Source of the DNA: Lama guanicoe
Lineage: Eukaryota
DNA length: 64,000 nucleotides
Direction: 5' to 3'
Assembly: GCA_013239625.1 (NCBI GenBank)
Contig: MU053881.1
Location: forward strand, 4,051,957 to 4,115,956
The notes under the pieces were generated by a model. That model searched no databases. It was not told the DNA's origin and worked only from the letters and a program-made list of their open reading frames with translations. Each line of letters opens with the position of its first letter. Position 1 is the first letter of the stretch. Both the position numbers and the translations under genes were made by a program. Shown here piece by piece: positions 23,541 through 36,800 of the stretch.

Positions 23541-25056
23541 GTCTCCAAAAGAAGTTCAAGTCTTACTGGTCTCTGCTCTCAGCCCTGAGAGCCACCCACC
23601 CAAGGGTGGTCACGGGGCAAAATGGAGCACATCCAATCTAGTCTCATCATCCCTGAGCTTGTCGCAACTGTCCCAGCCAAAAGGAAGTCTCCATAATGAA
23701 TGACAACTGTTACAATAGCGTGGATCAAGCCTCACTGATCTCAGAATCCTCCAAGGAGCGAGAACGAGGGCCCAAAGTCCAGAAATGCTCCAATCCTTCC
23801 TTCTTTTATCCATTTCCTCCTTGTCCTCCTTCATAAAGCTACAGTACGTGCAGGAGTCGCTGGGGCTCACTGGACCTCCCCGGGTCCCTCAGTCCATTAA
23901 ACTCACAATGAACAGAAAAGACGCCAAGAGTGTGATAATGAAGCAAAGGGGTTTGACTTCATCCTGGAAGACAAAGGGAAGCCCAGGTCCACCCTGGCTC
24001 TGAGACAGAATCCCATCCGAGGCACAGATGTCACAGCTCAGAGTCCTCCTTCCTTAATGATGTGTAAGGCCATCCCCTCCCCTGCAATAGTCCAATGGGG
24101 TCACATTCCAGAACAGGGTCCTATTTGTCCCCACCCCTCACTAGAGTAGTTCTACCTGAGTCTTGCCCGTCCTCCAGCATCTGGAGCACCTACTGTGCTC
24201 TGGACCCTGTGTAGACGGTGGTGGTTAAGACAGATCAGTCTGCAAAGAGAGGTCAAAGTGAGGAGGTTGAAGACAAGGCTGGTAGCAATAGCGAAGCAGT
24301 TCCTGCCCGAGGTGCGAGATGATCTGTTGGCCCCCAGGTGGCATCAGGGCAGAGGTCCGGGAACACTTCAGTCCAGCCCTGCTGTCACCTTCCCCGCTGC
24401 AGGATTCTAAAGCAAGAAAGCAGTGTGCATGGAGCAAGAACTGAGCTGGAAGCAAGAAGTGCTTAATTAACCACGCAGCGGTCTGATACCAACAGCTCCC
24501 AAGACCCACCTCCCCGAGAGCAGAGCTTTCTGGCAAAACCTGGGCTGAAACATGCAGCTTAGGTGGGAGGCCTTCATAAGCCTCTTCCCCAGCAGAAACT
24601 GGAGAATTTCCCACTTGCAAATCTAAATCTTGGGCCAGCATGAGCTGGAGCTGAATCGCAGAGAAAATGAGAGCCCGGCCCCCAAGTACATGCACCCTTG
24701 CAGCCTCCTGTGGGCAGAAAGAGGAGCAGGTACTCACGGGCTCAAGCCAGGATGCGCGTGTCCTGTGGGCTGACCTGGGAGGCACAGGGCCCCTCAGCTC
24801 CAGGGCGGGCTCTGATTCTCAGGGACCAGCTGCCCCTCCTCTCTGAGGGGTCTGGAAAGGGGCTGGGGGAGGAGCGGTGCCCGGGAGGGCAACTGGGAAG
24901 GGTTCCTGCTACAGCTCTCGCCCTTCCTCTCCCCGTGTGCTCCGCGAGCCGGTCAGTACTCAGACCAGAGCTCTCAGGGATCCTGTAGCATAGCCAGGGT
25001 GCACAGTGGCTAAATCATGGAGTGGGATTCAGCTCCATCAAATCAAACCCCTCCTT

Positions 25057-25500
25057 GAGGGACCTGGAGGGCGTTACCCTGAGTGAAATAAGCCAGATGG
25101 AGAAAGACCAAAAGAAAATGAACCAATTTTCTAGAAACAAACAATAGAATGGTTATCAGAGGCTGGGTGGGCGGGGGCGTGGAATGGATGGATGTAGGTC
25201 GAAGGGTATAAACTTTCAGTTGTAAGAAGCTTAAGCTCTAAGGATCTCATGTACACCGTGGTGACTGTAGTCAACCACACAGGATTGTTTCCTGAAAGTT
25301 ACTGAGATTAGATCTTAAGCATTCTTACCACCACCAAAAAAAAAAAAAAAATGAGTTAACTATGTGAGGTGACCCATGAGCCAGTTATCTTGACCTCGGT
25401 AGCCATTCCACCATGTATATCAAATAATCACGTTGTATACTTCAAATATATAAAATTATATTTGTCAAATAGTCCACCATAAACTTGTGGAGAAAAAAGA
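25057..25500 (+). mobile_element. L1MA-type 3' end
   Basis: 'gacctggagggcgttaccctgagtgaaataagccag...gaagggtataaactttcagttgtaag...aaataatcacgttgtatac'. Confidence 0.75.
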
Positions 25501-27989
25501 TTTCATTTTAATGTATTTTAAAATAAGAGCAAAATGGATATGATAATGAATACGTAATTATCAATGCATTCTGAATTATATCGATTTTTATACCAACATA
25601 CCAATACAGTTATAAAAAATTTCTATGCATGTGTGTGTGTGTGTGTGTGTATTTTTTTTTTTAATGGAGGAAGAGACCCAGAAGGTGGCAGTGCCTAGGG
25701 CCCATAAAGCCACAATGTGGGCCTGTCCATTTCCCTCAAGGAAACTTGCTGGTGCCCCTGAATGCAGACATTGTCTCCATTCTTCTTCAGACATTTATGA
25801 TTTCTTTCTACAAAGTAAGTCCTTTAATGTTTACATTTATTTTTATAATTGCTTGTCATCTTCCCCACCAGCCTCCACGCACCACAAGTGTGTGGGTTAC
25901 AAACATCTTATACACTGCTGTGGTTGAACCAGTGAATGAATTTCATTAATTTCTGTCCTGAAACACGTCTATCCTTCTGCAGTGGTGCGTCCCTTAAGCA
26001 TCAAGCCCCTCCCCTCTGCTCCCGCCTGGGGACTCGCAGTTTCCAGGGTAGTCACTCTAGGCAGAAACCCATCTGCAAGGTAAAGTCAGCGGCTGGTGGC
26101 TGTCTATGCAGAGGGACTCGGTGTCAGTTTCAATTCCATTACTCTCATTCTATCTTCATATTATTGAGGCATAAGGGATTAGGGTGCAACTGTAGGAAGA
26201 TTTATCTACATTTGGGAATAGCATTTTCATGGGTTTCCACTCTTGCTCACTTATTGAAAATGACACCTTCAAGGTTTATCACCTGGAAATTTGCCTAACC
26301 CTCAAGCTATCTTTCTTGATGTGCATTTGTGAAGTCTTCATGATTTTGGTTGGTTTGTTCACCTATTCATTTATTTAATAAATATTTATCAGCACCTATT
26401 TCGTGGGTGCAGGAGACTTTATTCAAGATGGGGAGCTCTGCTTGGAACAGAGCAAGGTCCTTGCCAACATCCTTTCCGCCCCACCCCCTCCATCTTACCG
26501 CCCATGGAGAATTTCTGCTGACACCTCTTCCCCACACCTTCTGCACCCTCCTATCATTTTCTTTTCCTCCTGAACTGCTTTGAAAACTCGAAAATCTTCT
26601 CCCTCCGTTAAGTGGAATAATTCACTTCTCTCCAGCTTCTGCTTCATCTAAAAGGATCCATGTCACTTCAATCCAGTTCTTGCTTCATTTAACAGAATCC
26701 ATTCCTTTTCTTTTTCTTTCCTTTTCATTTTCCTTTGAAGGTAGTTGCGAGCAGAAGTAGCCACAACAACAAAAGTGTTGTTACAAAATTACTTAGAGGA
26801 ACAGGAGCCTGGCTTTCAGAAACAGCCTGCACCACTCAAGTCGCCCTGAGACCTTGGACAGTCAGGTTCCCTCCCCACAACCTGTTTCCTCGTCTATAAA
26901 ATAGAAATATTAATCCGATCTCCCAGCGCTAGTAAGTGTTGCACGTCAGATGGCCAGCACGTGGCCTAGCTGGTGGTGCCGGCGAGAGCGACGTGACCCT
27001 GTAAGAAAGATGTCGAAACATTTCACTGTCTTAAAGAACACGCGAGTTAGTTTCTTTTTCCAGAAGAGTCCTGAAATGACAGAGCACCTCTGCTTCTGTC
27101 ATGTAATCCAGGGACCAGGTCGCGGGCACTCTGGATGGTTGACTGCATGGCTGGAGCTAAGATCCCACCTCCTCTGGGTACCAGCCAATGGAAGAGCTTG
27201 GATCAAGCATCCCCAACATCTTCAGATCCCCAAATACCAACATTCAGAAGGGCTGTGCACAGAGACCCTCGGGCAGCCATGTACCCAGTTCCAACTCCAT
27301 TACTGGCGAAGAAGAGAATGAATTTGAATAAACACTAGCTTAGACCTCTCCTGTTAGTTTTCAATAAATAGCTGCTATTATTTTCAAGGTACTCCTCTCC
27401 AAGGCAAATCAGCAGAGTTCCAAGGACTGGAAGAAGGATCACAAAGATACTCTGTCTTTAGACAAGTGAAAATTTTAGTCTGGAGTCACTGGTCGATTCA
27501 GCTATTGACATTTTCTGTTCCCTAACTGAGGGACCCAGAAGCTTCTCTTAGCTTCTATTTGGCAGTTATATCCAGTCCTCTTCATGAAAGAATGAAAATG
27601 AGAAACCTCAACACATAGAGCCTTGGGGAAAAAAAAATTAGGACCCAACTCTTGGGTAAAAGTTAATATACTTTTAAGTAAGTGAATCACTAAGTGGATG
27701 CATAGCCTGAGATAAAAACCAGGGTTAATTCACTGGGAAGCTGGTGTGAGGAGGGAAGGAGTCCTGGGGTTTGGGGTCAGGCAGGACTCAGTTCCCAGAG
27801 GGAGCCAGCATGGATTTTCCATGCCCTTCTCTGGAGGTAGCCATCTGCAGGGGCCAGGGGAGTCCATTCCCTGGGAGAAGGGGGATGTCTCTCTCTTAAT
27901 ACAAGATTCATATCCAGAGCTGATGCTCAGAGTCCCTGCCCTTGGTAAGACTCTGCCTCCTGCATCCCGGCACCGACAGCCTCCACATC

Positions 27990-28640
27990 CCGACCTTGGG
28001 ACTAATGCCGTCATGCCTCTCACCTTGATCACGTTAGGACTCCTGCAGCCCTCACCAGGGCAGGCTGTTCTTGCTCTCGCCCCCCATGCCTCTGCACCTG
28101 GAGGCTGGTAAAGGTCCACCTTGTTCCTCAAGATCTTGCGTCCTCCTGCCTGGGACCAACCCAGTTTCCCTGCCATGTCACTGGACTATATAGCATCCAA
28201 TGTGCCAGTGTTGCATCATCTACATCACTCCCCCACCTCCATCGGATCGCTTGCAATCTCTCTGCACGACATCTCTTCTTTCATAACCTTCAGTGGTTTC
28301 AAAACCCATGTAGGTGATTCTAGAACACTCTAGTCTCATGTCCCTGACCTCAGAGCCCCTCCCCTAGCTCATGCATTACCTTGTCTCAGCGACTTGCTCC
28401 CAGGAGCACACCTCGGCCTTTGCATCACCAGGAACTGTAAACATAACCCTTCCAAAATTTCCCTTTCAAACACTTCATCTTCCTCACCCACCCCTGGCTT
28501 CTCAGCTCACTCCGTCCAGGACCCCAAAGCCAACAATCCTCCACCCACCTCGGGGGCCTACAGTCTTACCAACGTCCTATTGTCCCTGAGCCCCTGACGT
28601 CCTCTCTTCCCTCTGCCTCACTGTCACGGTCAATCCTTAT
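27990..28640 (+). mobile_element. L2 ORF (APE-like endonuclease) fossil
   Basis: Pyrimidine-rich; translation 'FSGFKTHVGDSRTL' resembles L2/CR1 'GDFNIHVD.....L'; 'gagcacacctcggcctttgcatcacc' resembles 'GHTLDL.IT'. Confidence 0.5.
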
Positions 28641-28829
28641 AGTCTTTCCATTACAACATTCTCATTCCATTGATCTGAGATTTGTGGCTTATTTCCAGGT
28701 TGTTGCAGCTTAAAAATTAATTAGAAGTCACCAAAAACTGCCTGGATTCCATCATCGGGTTGACTCGTAATGAAGGCATTTGCTGTCTGGGGGACCCTGC
28801 TGGGTAAATGACTGCAACTTAGTGGCCCA

Positions 28830-29095
28830 GGCTGGGAAGGGATAAACTGGGAGTTCGAGATTTGCAGATACTAACTACAATGTATAAAATAGATAAACAA
28901 CAAGTTTATACTGTATAGCACAAGGAACTATACTCAGTATCTTGCAGTAACTTATAATGAAAAAGAATATGAAAAGGAATATATGCATGTATTTATATGA
29001 CTGAACTATTATGCTGTACACAGAAACTGAAACAACATTGCAAACTGACTATACTTCAAAAAAATTTTTAAAAAATCAATAAAAAAAACACATTA
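28830..29095 (+). mobile_element. Young L1 3' end
   Basis: 'gggaagggataaactgggagttcgagatttgcagatactaact...aactgactatacttc' plus poly-A. Confidence 0.88.
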
Positions 29096-29108
29096 AAAAA
29101 AACATAAT

Positions 29109-29258
29109 AGGGGGAGGGTATAGCTCAAGTGGTAGAGTGCATGATTGGCATGCATGAATTCGTGAGTTCCATCCCCAGTACCTCCCCCAAGAATAAATAA
29201 ATACTAAATAAACCTAATTACCCCCCACCAAAATTAATTAATTAATTAATTTCTTTAA
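29109..29258 (+). mobile_element. vic-1-type SINE inserted in the L1 poly-A tail
   Basis: 'ggggagggtatagctcaagtggtagagtgcatg'; TSD-like aaaacataat / aaaccataat. Confidence 0.88.
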
Positions 29259-31529
29259 AAAAAAACCATAATTGTGAAGGATGAACTCGACCTCGCTCGG
29301 CCAAAGTCAAAGTGTCAGCTGGACTGGTTCCTTCCGGAGAGTCTGAGGGGAGAATGCATTTATTTCTTTGCCTTTCCCAGCTTCTAGTGGCTGCTGGCAT
29401 TCCTGGGCTGGGGTCCCTTCCCTCCGTCTTCAGCGTGCATCTTCCAACCTCTGCCTCCAGCATCACCGAGTCTTCTCCTCTGATTCTGACTCCCCTGCAT
29501 CCCTTTCCTCAGGGGCATGGAGAGTCTGTCAGGATCACCGGGACCATCTCTCCTTCTCGCAATCCTTAACCATACCTGCAGAACCCTTTCCTCATAGGAG
29601 GTAACACTCATAGGACTCAGAGATTAAAATGTGGACGTCTTTGGGGGGCCAGGTGTCAGACCTACCACGAGGACCAAAAACGTCAACTAATGTTTCCCTG
29701 CCTCAAGAAGTTGCCTTCTAGTCCTTCTCAGGCATTAGCTGGGAAGGCAGAGGTTCCTCCTGCCTGCCCCTAGGCTGGGATCTGGATGGCTGGGGCTGGA
29801 CTTCATGCAGGCTTTTCCTAAAACCTTAAAGAAACCTTGCTTTGGCTGGCAGTATTAGTCCAGAGACGCTGGGTACCACTGATGTAATTCACAGTCCCCC
29901 ACATCTCAGAGACTTAACACAGCAGAAATCTGTTTTACGCTTTTGGCAAAGTCCAGCGAAGTCTGGGTGTCTCTCGAGGGAAAACAACCTGCAACCCAGC
30001 AGTTCTGGTGGCTGCGAGCTTGGGTCTTTTCCATCTTAACACAAAGTCTCTCCCATATCTGCCTCAGTCCAGGAGGAAAGAGACGGGGGAAGGACCCACG
30101 AGCTTTTCGGTATCCTGGCCCAGAAGTGACAGTCACTTCCATTCACATTTCATTGTCTAGGACCAGTCGTAGTGACCTGGCCAAGGGCATGGGCTGAAAG
30201 CGCAGTGTCCCGTGCTCTGGAAGGGAAGGAGAGCCAGGTGTGAGGAGCACTGGCCCTGGCCACCGCGCCACCAAGGGATGCCGATGAGCTGGCAGTCATC
30301 GATGTATGAGGAACACAGAAACGCATCCAAGATGCCAGAAGAGCATCCTCTGCACAGGTGCATCCCACGGCTCTCCTGCTCCTCCCCCAATGACCCGTTG
30401 TTTTGACAACTGGCGAGAATACCAAACTTAGACCCAGGAGGGGAAGAGAGGGTTATCTTTTCTCTTCAGATTTCACAGTTCTAATTACGCTCCTGCCTCC
30501 CACTGCCAGGAGCATGAGCACGAATCAGAATTATCTAAAGAATTCAAAGAGAAATTTAGACTTCAGACTCTAAATGTGTAGCAGGCTTGGATTCCCACTT
30601 CGACAAGGCAGAGACGGCTTGAGAAATGAATTCTTGCTTTATGTCAGAAGGTTCAAAACAAGCAAATTCACAAAGAGAGCTCTCGGCAGAAGCTCCAGAT
30701 GTGGAATTAGACTGACATGGGGTAGCGGATTCCAACTCCTGCCCTGTTACTGTGTCTTCTCTGTGAGATGAGTCTTTCCCCATCTTTAATGTAAGGTGAT
30801 GACAGCTGCCCTGCAGGGGGGTGGTGAGGATTAGATACAACATGCACAACCACCTGGCCCCTGCCCTGCACTGCCGAGGGTGTGTTCCAACCCTTCCTTC
30901 CTCCTTTGTGAGTTATCATCCTACACGGACTGTGCTGGCGATCGACCAGACGCATGGGGAGAGCACAGAGCAACCTGGCAGAATAATCTGCTGAAGGATT
31001 AAATGGGATTTTTCTTGTCCCTGCATTTCCTTGTAGCCCTGATCCCCTGGCTTATCCAAACAGCCAAGTACAGAATTCTGCGCTCATCACCCCTGAGAAA
31101 GACTGCAGAAGAGCAGCCTTTTAGTGTCAGGAGTGAGGGTCTTCTGGGGAGCATGCAAAAGTTCCAGAAAATACAATAAACTTGGAAGAATCCATAGATA
31201 CAGATGCTCCCCACCAACAAAACCAGATGGAGATTACCCTGGGATGGGAGGAGATGGTGGGCAGAAGAGAGGAGAGGTTAGATGCCAGCAGGTCCCTTAA
31301 AAGTTGTCTGTGGATTCTGTCCAGAGTAGGGAAGAGGATGGGAACCCTGATCTGATGGCAGTGGGCACCACCAATTTGCCAGGCAGAGCCCTGGGAGGTA
31401 GCAGCCCCCAGAGGGAAGAAGTCATGGGGTATGCCTGGACAGACAGCATCTCTGGGGTGCCCCGGAGCAGCTCAAAGATGCAGAAAAGGCTTTTAATCAG
31501 GAATAGTGGGTAATGGTGGCCGCAGTCTG

Positions 31530-31972
31530 TTCTCTCATTGCCTATTTCAACTCTCTGAGAACCGTTCTAACTCTATTACAAATCAGGCTTGCAAACTGCA
31601 CCCCACTTTCCCCAGATGACATTTAGATGGCAGGGCACAAAGGAAGATCTCTGGCGGAGGATGTATCCAGTGGTGAGGAGGACTGGGGGCAGGCCTGCTG
31701 CCTCTGGGGCAGCTGTGATGAGGTTACCAGTGTCGGGTCCCCACACCAGTGTCCCGAGCAGCAGGCAGCTTCGGCTGTAGTGTTTTTCCACTATGTGAGT
31801 CTGGAGATGGTGAACATGTCTCCTGGCTGTATTGTCCCTGGATGTGAGACACCTAACTCTGTTCCCAGGCCCTCCCAAGGATTCTGTGACATGACAACTT
31901 TCTGATTAATCCCGCTCTGCTTAAACTACCAGAGTGGATTCTATCCTCAGCAACTTGAACACTGACCGACAT
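31530..31972 (+). mobile_element. ERVL/MaLR-type LTR remnant
   Basis: 3' end 'ctctgcttaaactaccagagtggattctatcctcagcaacttgaacactgaccgaca'. Confidence 0.5.
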
Positions 31973-32310
31973 GATGACTTGGCAGGAACTCACATCATCA
32001 ACAGTGGAAGCAAGGATGTCCCAGCAGGTGCCAACACAGGCCACCAGTGAGGACCAGATAAGCACTTCATCACCCACATGACTTGCCCGCTCAACCTGGA
32101 TACAACATTACCATGTCAGTGCAAGGACGTGCAGCTGTGTTAGCTGCAATGACCTCTCCATCACTTACCAGAATGGTAACTCCAGGGACACATTAGATAA
32201 CTTGATACAGGATGACAGAGAAAGTCATGTTCACCTAACGCTTAAGTTAGTGGCCTAAGATTCGTATGCAAAAGATATGCTAGTGTTCACTAATAAAAGA
32301 TGTCTACATC

Positions 32311-32574
32311 AGGGGGAAAGGGAGTGGGGAGGGACAAACTGGGAGATTGGGATTTGCAGATACTAACTACTATACATAAAACAGATAAACAACAATGTCC
32401 TACTGTATAGCACAGGGAGCTATACTCAATATCTTGTAATAACCTATAATGAAAAAGAACATGAAAAGGAATATATATGTGTATATATATATATATGTGT
32501 GTCTATGACTGAAACATTATGCTGTGCGCTAGAAACTGATGCAACATTGTAAACTAACTAGACTTCAAAAAAAA
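32311..32574 (+). mobile_element. Young L1 3' end
   Basis: L1 3'UTR plus poly-A; 20 bp TSD taataaaagatgtctacatc (32291-32310) / taataaaagatatctacatc (32575-32594). Confidence 0.92.
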
Positions 32575-32594
32575 TAATAAAAGATATCTACATC

Positions 32595-33395
32595 TCCATC
32601 TCACACCTATTAGAGGGCTTCTGTTAAAAACAAAATAACAAGTGCTGGCGAGGATGTGGAGAAATTGTAACACTTGCGCGCTGCTGGTGGGAATGTAAAA
32701 TGATGCAACAGCTGTGGAAAACAGTCTGGTGGTTCCTCAAAAATTAAAAACTACAATCACCAGATGATTCTGGGTGTCGAGTTGGCCCTTCATATCCATA
32801 GACCTGCATCTGCATCTGGCGGGGTCCTGGAATCAATCCCCCGTGGATACCAAGGGAAACTACCTACCCAGAAGAATTGAAAGCAGGGTCAGGAAAAAAT
32901 ATTTGAACACCCCTGCTCATAGCAGCATTACTCACAAAAATCGAAAGGTGGAAGCAACCCAAATGCCCATCGACAGATGAATGAATAAAGAAAATGAAGT
33001 CTATCCATACAAAAGAATATTTTTCAGCCTTAAGAAAAAAGGACACTTTGATACATGCTACAACTTGGATGAACCTTGGAGACATTATGCTAAATGAAAT
33101 AAGCCAGTCACAAAAGGATAAATACTGTATGATTCCACTCACATGAGGTGTCTAAAGTAGTCAGACTCATAGAGATGAAAAGTAGAAAGGTGGTTGTCAG
33201 AGGCTGGAGGAGGGGTGAGAGAGGAATTAGTGTTGAGGGTTTTAGTTTTGCAAGGTGAAAAGCACGCGGTGGCTGGATGGTGGTGATGGCACCGTGATGT
33301 GAATGTACTTAATGCCACTAAACTGTACACTTCAAATTAGCGAAGATGGTAAATTCCATGTTAGGGGTATTTTACCACGATTAAAATTTTAAGAA
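32595..33395 (+). mobile_element. L1MB-type ORF2 end and 3'UTR
   Basis: 'aataacaagtgctggcgaggatgtggagaaa...ggtgggaatgtaaaatg...gaatgtacttaatgccactaaactgtacac'. Confidence 0.85.
32778..32862. mobile_element. Short Tigger/MER2-like MITE inside the L1
   Basis: Inverted ends 'gttggcccttcatatcc' ... 'ggataccaagggaaact' interrupt the L1 sequence. Confidence 0.6.
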
Positions 33396-34732
33396 GAAAA
33401 CCTTCGTAAACCTTTCACTGAGAAGAGCTGGAATCCCAAAATATTAGCCCCGGCAGAGGCCTGTTTCCCGAGGGGACTCCTGAGGCCCAGAGAGGGGGAA
33501 GTGTCCGAGGGGACAGGATCTGTTCACTCCTTCCGCCCCCACAGTGTGACAAATGCCCAGGTGACAGACGTGTTGTCCCCACGCTGGGATGCTCTGTCTG
33601 GCCTCGCCTGGCTCTGCTCTGGTCCCTGGCTGCTGGAAAATTGATGACTCACAGACCAGGCCAGAAATGGAAGCAGCAAGCTCCAGACACTAATTTGATC
33701 TTCTTACTCTCAAGAGGATGTGCTGGAGCCTTGATCTTAAGACAGTCACCGGTGAAGAAGTGACATGGAAAATGAGCACCTGTACTGAGCTCTTACTATG
33801 AGCCAGTTCCTGTGTGCACACTGTCACCTCGAATCCCCCCTGTCCTATGAAACAGATGTTTTCATGATGGCATCTTGGGGAACAAAGCCTCTGGGCTGTG
33901 GTTGTCACTGGGCAGGGCCAGGACCTTGTGTGCCTCTGAGCTGGGTCCAAATGGCCCCTGGTCCCCACTAGTTGCCTTGTCCATGTTTGTTGAACTGAAT
34001 TCAACATTTTCAGCCATGCAAGCCTTGAGAGAAATATTGCCATCACTTAATCCACCCACCAGGTACTAGAATTCAGAGACAATTGTAGTAAGGTCAGCGG
34101 CTAGAGGTAAGTGGTTGATTTTTTAATGTTTTGAGACAGAGTGGTTTATCTATACAGATAAATCGATTTATCGGCTTCCCTTTCCAGGTCATTCCTCCAA
34201 GTCAAAGCTCTTTCCAGTGAAGCATCAGCATAGAAATGTTTGTGGCCTTTTTTTTTAATGGCATTATTGGCAGAGAATAAAAATATTTATCTGATTATTT
34301 TTTTCAAAGCAAATTACAGAATATAAGAGTCAGCATGTCCTTAGAGATCAGTGTATCCACTCCTCTGCCCATTGTACAGATGAGAAAACTGACACCCAGA
34401 AAGAGGCCTCCAGTTGGTGGCAGAAGTGAGAGAGAACCCAGGCCTCAGAACATACGTTCTGCTGCATGGCCTTGGTCTTGGGTATATGAGACACCGGAAT
34501 AATCTCTTTGGTGGCTAAAGTCAATTCCTTCTCAGGATCCAAACTGAGATCTTCTGGGTCTTCCAGGGAGCAGGTGTGCGCCATCTCTCACACTGGAAGC
34601 CCCAAGCCACTGACGTGAGCCCCGTCCTTGTAGTCATCTGTGGGGGACGGGTCCTCACGTCCCAGTTTTTAGATGAAGAAACAGCCGCTGAGAGTTGATG
34701 CGCCCTGCCCAGCCCTCCTGCCGGTTGCCGGC

Positions 34733-35646
34733 TGTGCAATTTTGTTAGGGATGCTCTAGCCAAGTCCCATAGACTCGGTGGCTTAAAACAAGAGGAGCTG
34801 ATTTTCTTGCAGTTCCAGAGGCTCTAAATCCAAAATCAGGGGGTCAGAAGGCTGTTTTCCTTCTGTAGTTTGTGGAGGAAAATCTATTCCAGATGTACCT
34901 CTCTCCCTGGCTCGTAGACAGCTGTCTTCTCCCTGTCTCCTCATGCTGTGTTCTTTCTATACATATCTTTGTACCCAAATGTCCCTTTTTTTTAAACATC
35001 TTTATTGTGGTATGGTTCCTGTACAGTAAACTACACATATTTCAGGTGCAAAATTTGATGAATTTTGATAGATGTCTACACCAATGGTACCACCAACACA
35101 ATCAAGAGAGCCAACATTTCCATCACTTCTCAAGAGGTACAAATTTTGAATTCCCAATTTATCCCTTCCTGCCCCCTTTACCGCTTGGTGACCATAAATT
35201 TGATCTCTGTGTCTGTGAGTCTGTTTCTGTTTTGTAGATAGTTTGTGTCCTTTTTTAAAAAAAATTCCACATATAAGCAATGTCATATGGTATTTTTCTT
35301 TCTCTTTCTGGCTTACTTCACTTAGAATGACAGTCTCCAGGTCCATCCATGTTGCTGCAAATGACGTTATTTTATCCTTTTTTATGGCTGAGTAGTGTTC
35401 AATTTGGTGTGTGTGTGTGTGTGTGTGTGTGTATACACACCTCCACATCTTTATCCATCATGTTGATAGACCAAATGTCCCCTTTTACGAGGACACCAGA
35501 CATGTTGGATTAGGGCCCACCCTAAAGACCTTATGTTAATTTAATTCTTTAAATGCCCTGTCTTCAAATACAGTCTCACCCTGAGATACTCAAAGTTAGG
35601 ACTTCAACATATGAATTTTGGGGGAGATACAATTCAACCCATGACA
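34733..35646 (-). mobile_element. MLT1 (MaLR) LTR with nested L1 chimera
   Basis: 'ggtggcttaaaacaag...cagttccagaggct' and 'gacttcaacatatgaattttgggggagatacaattcaacccatgaca'. Confidence 0.8.
34986..35470 (-). mobile_element. L1 insertion: young L1 ORF2 end/partial 3'UTR joined to an old L1M-type tail
   Basis: ORF '[37 protein letters not shown]'; TSD ccaaatgtccc (34975-34985 / 35471-35481). Confidence 0.8.
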
Positions 35647-35949
35647 GTGAAGGAGCTGAGATGGAGTGTGCGAGCCAGTGTTCTCCAGTCCACAACCTAC
35701 AGCCTCCCCGGCAAAGCTAAGCCCCGCTGTTGATCTTCAGGGACTGTTTCACTGATGAGTTATGAGCAGAGTCTGACAGCATCCACTGAGAAGCACAGAA
35801 AATGCAACGGTCCAAACGGATGGCACTCCATCTCTAGCTGCAGCCTCTCCACATCTGGCCATCAAATAAAAGCGACATCTGCAGAAAACGCAGCTCAGGT
35901 TGTCCCAAAAGAGGTAAACACATACTCGACCTTACAGTAAGAGACAGGA

Positions 35950-36800
35950 AAATTAAAACTGCTTAGAAAAGCTACTTTTCACCAATCAAATTGACAAAGA
36001 TCAAGAAGTTAGATAGCATTCTGTGCTGATGAGGCCGCGGGGGAAAAAAACACATTCACGGCTTGCTGGGAGTCTAAAATGATACACGCCCTACAGAATG
36101 AAACTGGGCTGTACCTGTCAGCTGCACAAATGCACACTCCAAATGCATCTAGAAACTGCACTTTTTAAGTATTTATCTTGCAACTCCACCGTCGCACCGT
36201 TGGGAAACACTGTGGGTGCAAAGTTCTATATTTTATTATTAGGATATCAAAAGATTCTAACAATCTCAGTTCCTGTTAATAGGAGATCGTTTAAATAAAT
36301 TGTGGAAGGGCCACCCAGTAGAATGCAATTTTTAAAAAGAAAAAGACACTTTTTTTAATGTGAGCCAAAAAGCAGAAAAGAAAAGCCCAGCATAGAACAG
36401 AGTACAAAATATACCACCGCTTGTGTGAGAACTGAATCTATGTGTACACGCTTGTATGCCTAAGGAAGGGGTCACAGACAGAAATAACAGGTAATATTGG
36501 TTACTTTCTGGGAAGAAAGACAGGATGGCAAATGTGAGCCAAAAAGCAGAAATAAAAGTCCAGCATAGAACAGAGTACAAAATATACCACCACTTGTGTG
36601 AGAACTGAATCTATGTGTACACGCTTGTATGCCTAGGGAAGGGGTCACAGACAGAAATAACAGGTAATATTGGTTACTTTCTGGGAAGAAAGACAGGATG
36701 GCCAGGGTGTGGGGCAAGGGCAGGAAAGGGGGAAAGGGTGATATTTTAAAGTCTGTTCTATACACAGAAATTACCTATTTAAAATATATACAATTTCAAA
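35950..36800 (+). mobile_element. Ancient L1ME-like 3' fragment
   Basis: 'tacttttcaccaatcaaattgacaaagatcaagaag...atagcattctgtgctgatgaggccgcgggg'. Confidence 0.55.
36357..36702 (+). repeat. Two-copy ~173 bp tandem repeat
   Basis: 36357-36529 is near-identical to 36531-36702 with a handful of differences. Confidence 0.95.

Larger units (their letters stand above)
28780..29669 (-). mobile_element. MLT1 (MaLR) LTR hosting an L1 3' end and a SINE
   Basis: 'aaagtgtcagctggactggttcctt...ttgcctttcccagcttctagtggctgc...ggacgtctttggggggcc'. Confidence 0.75.
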
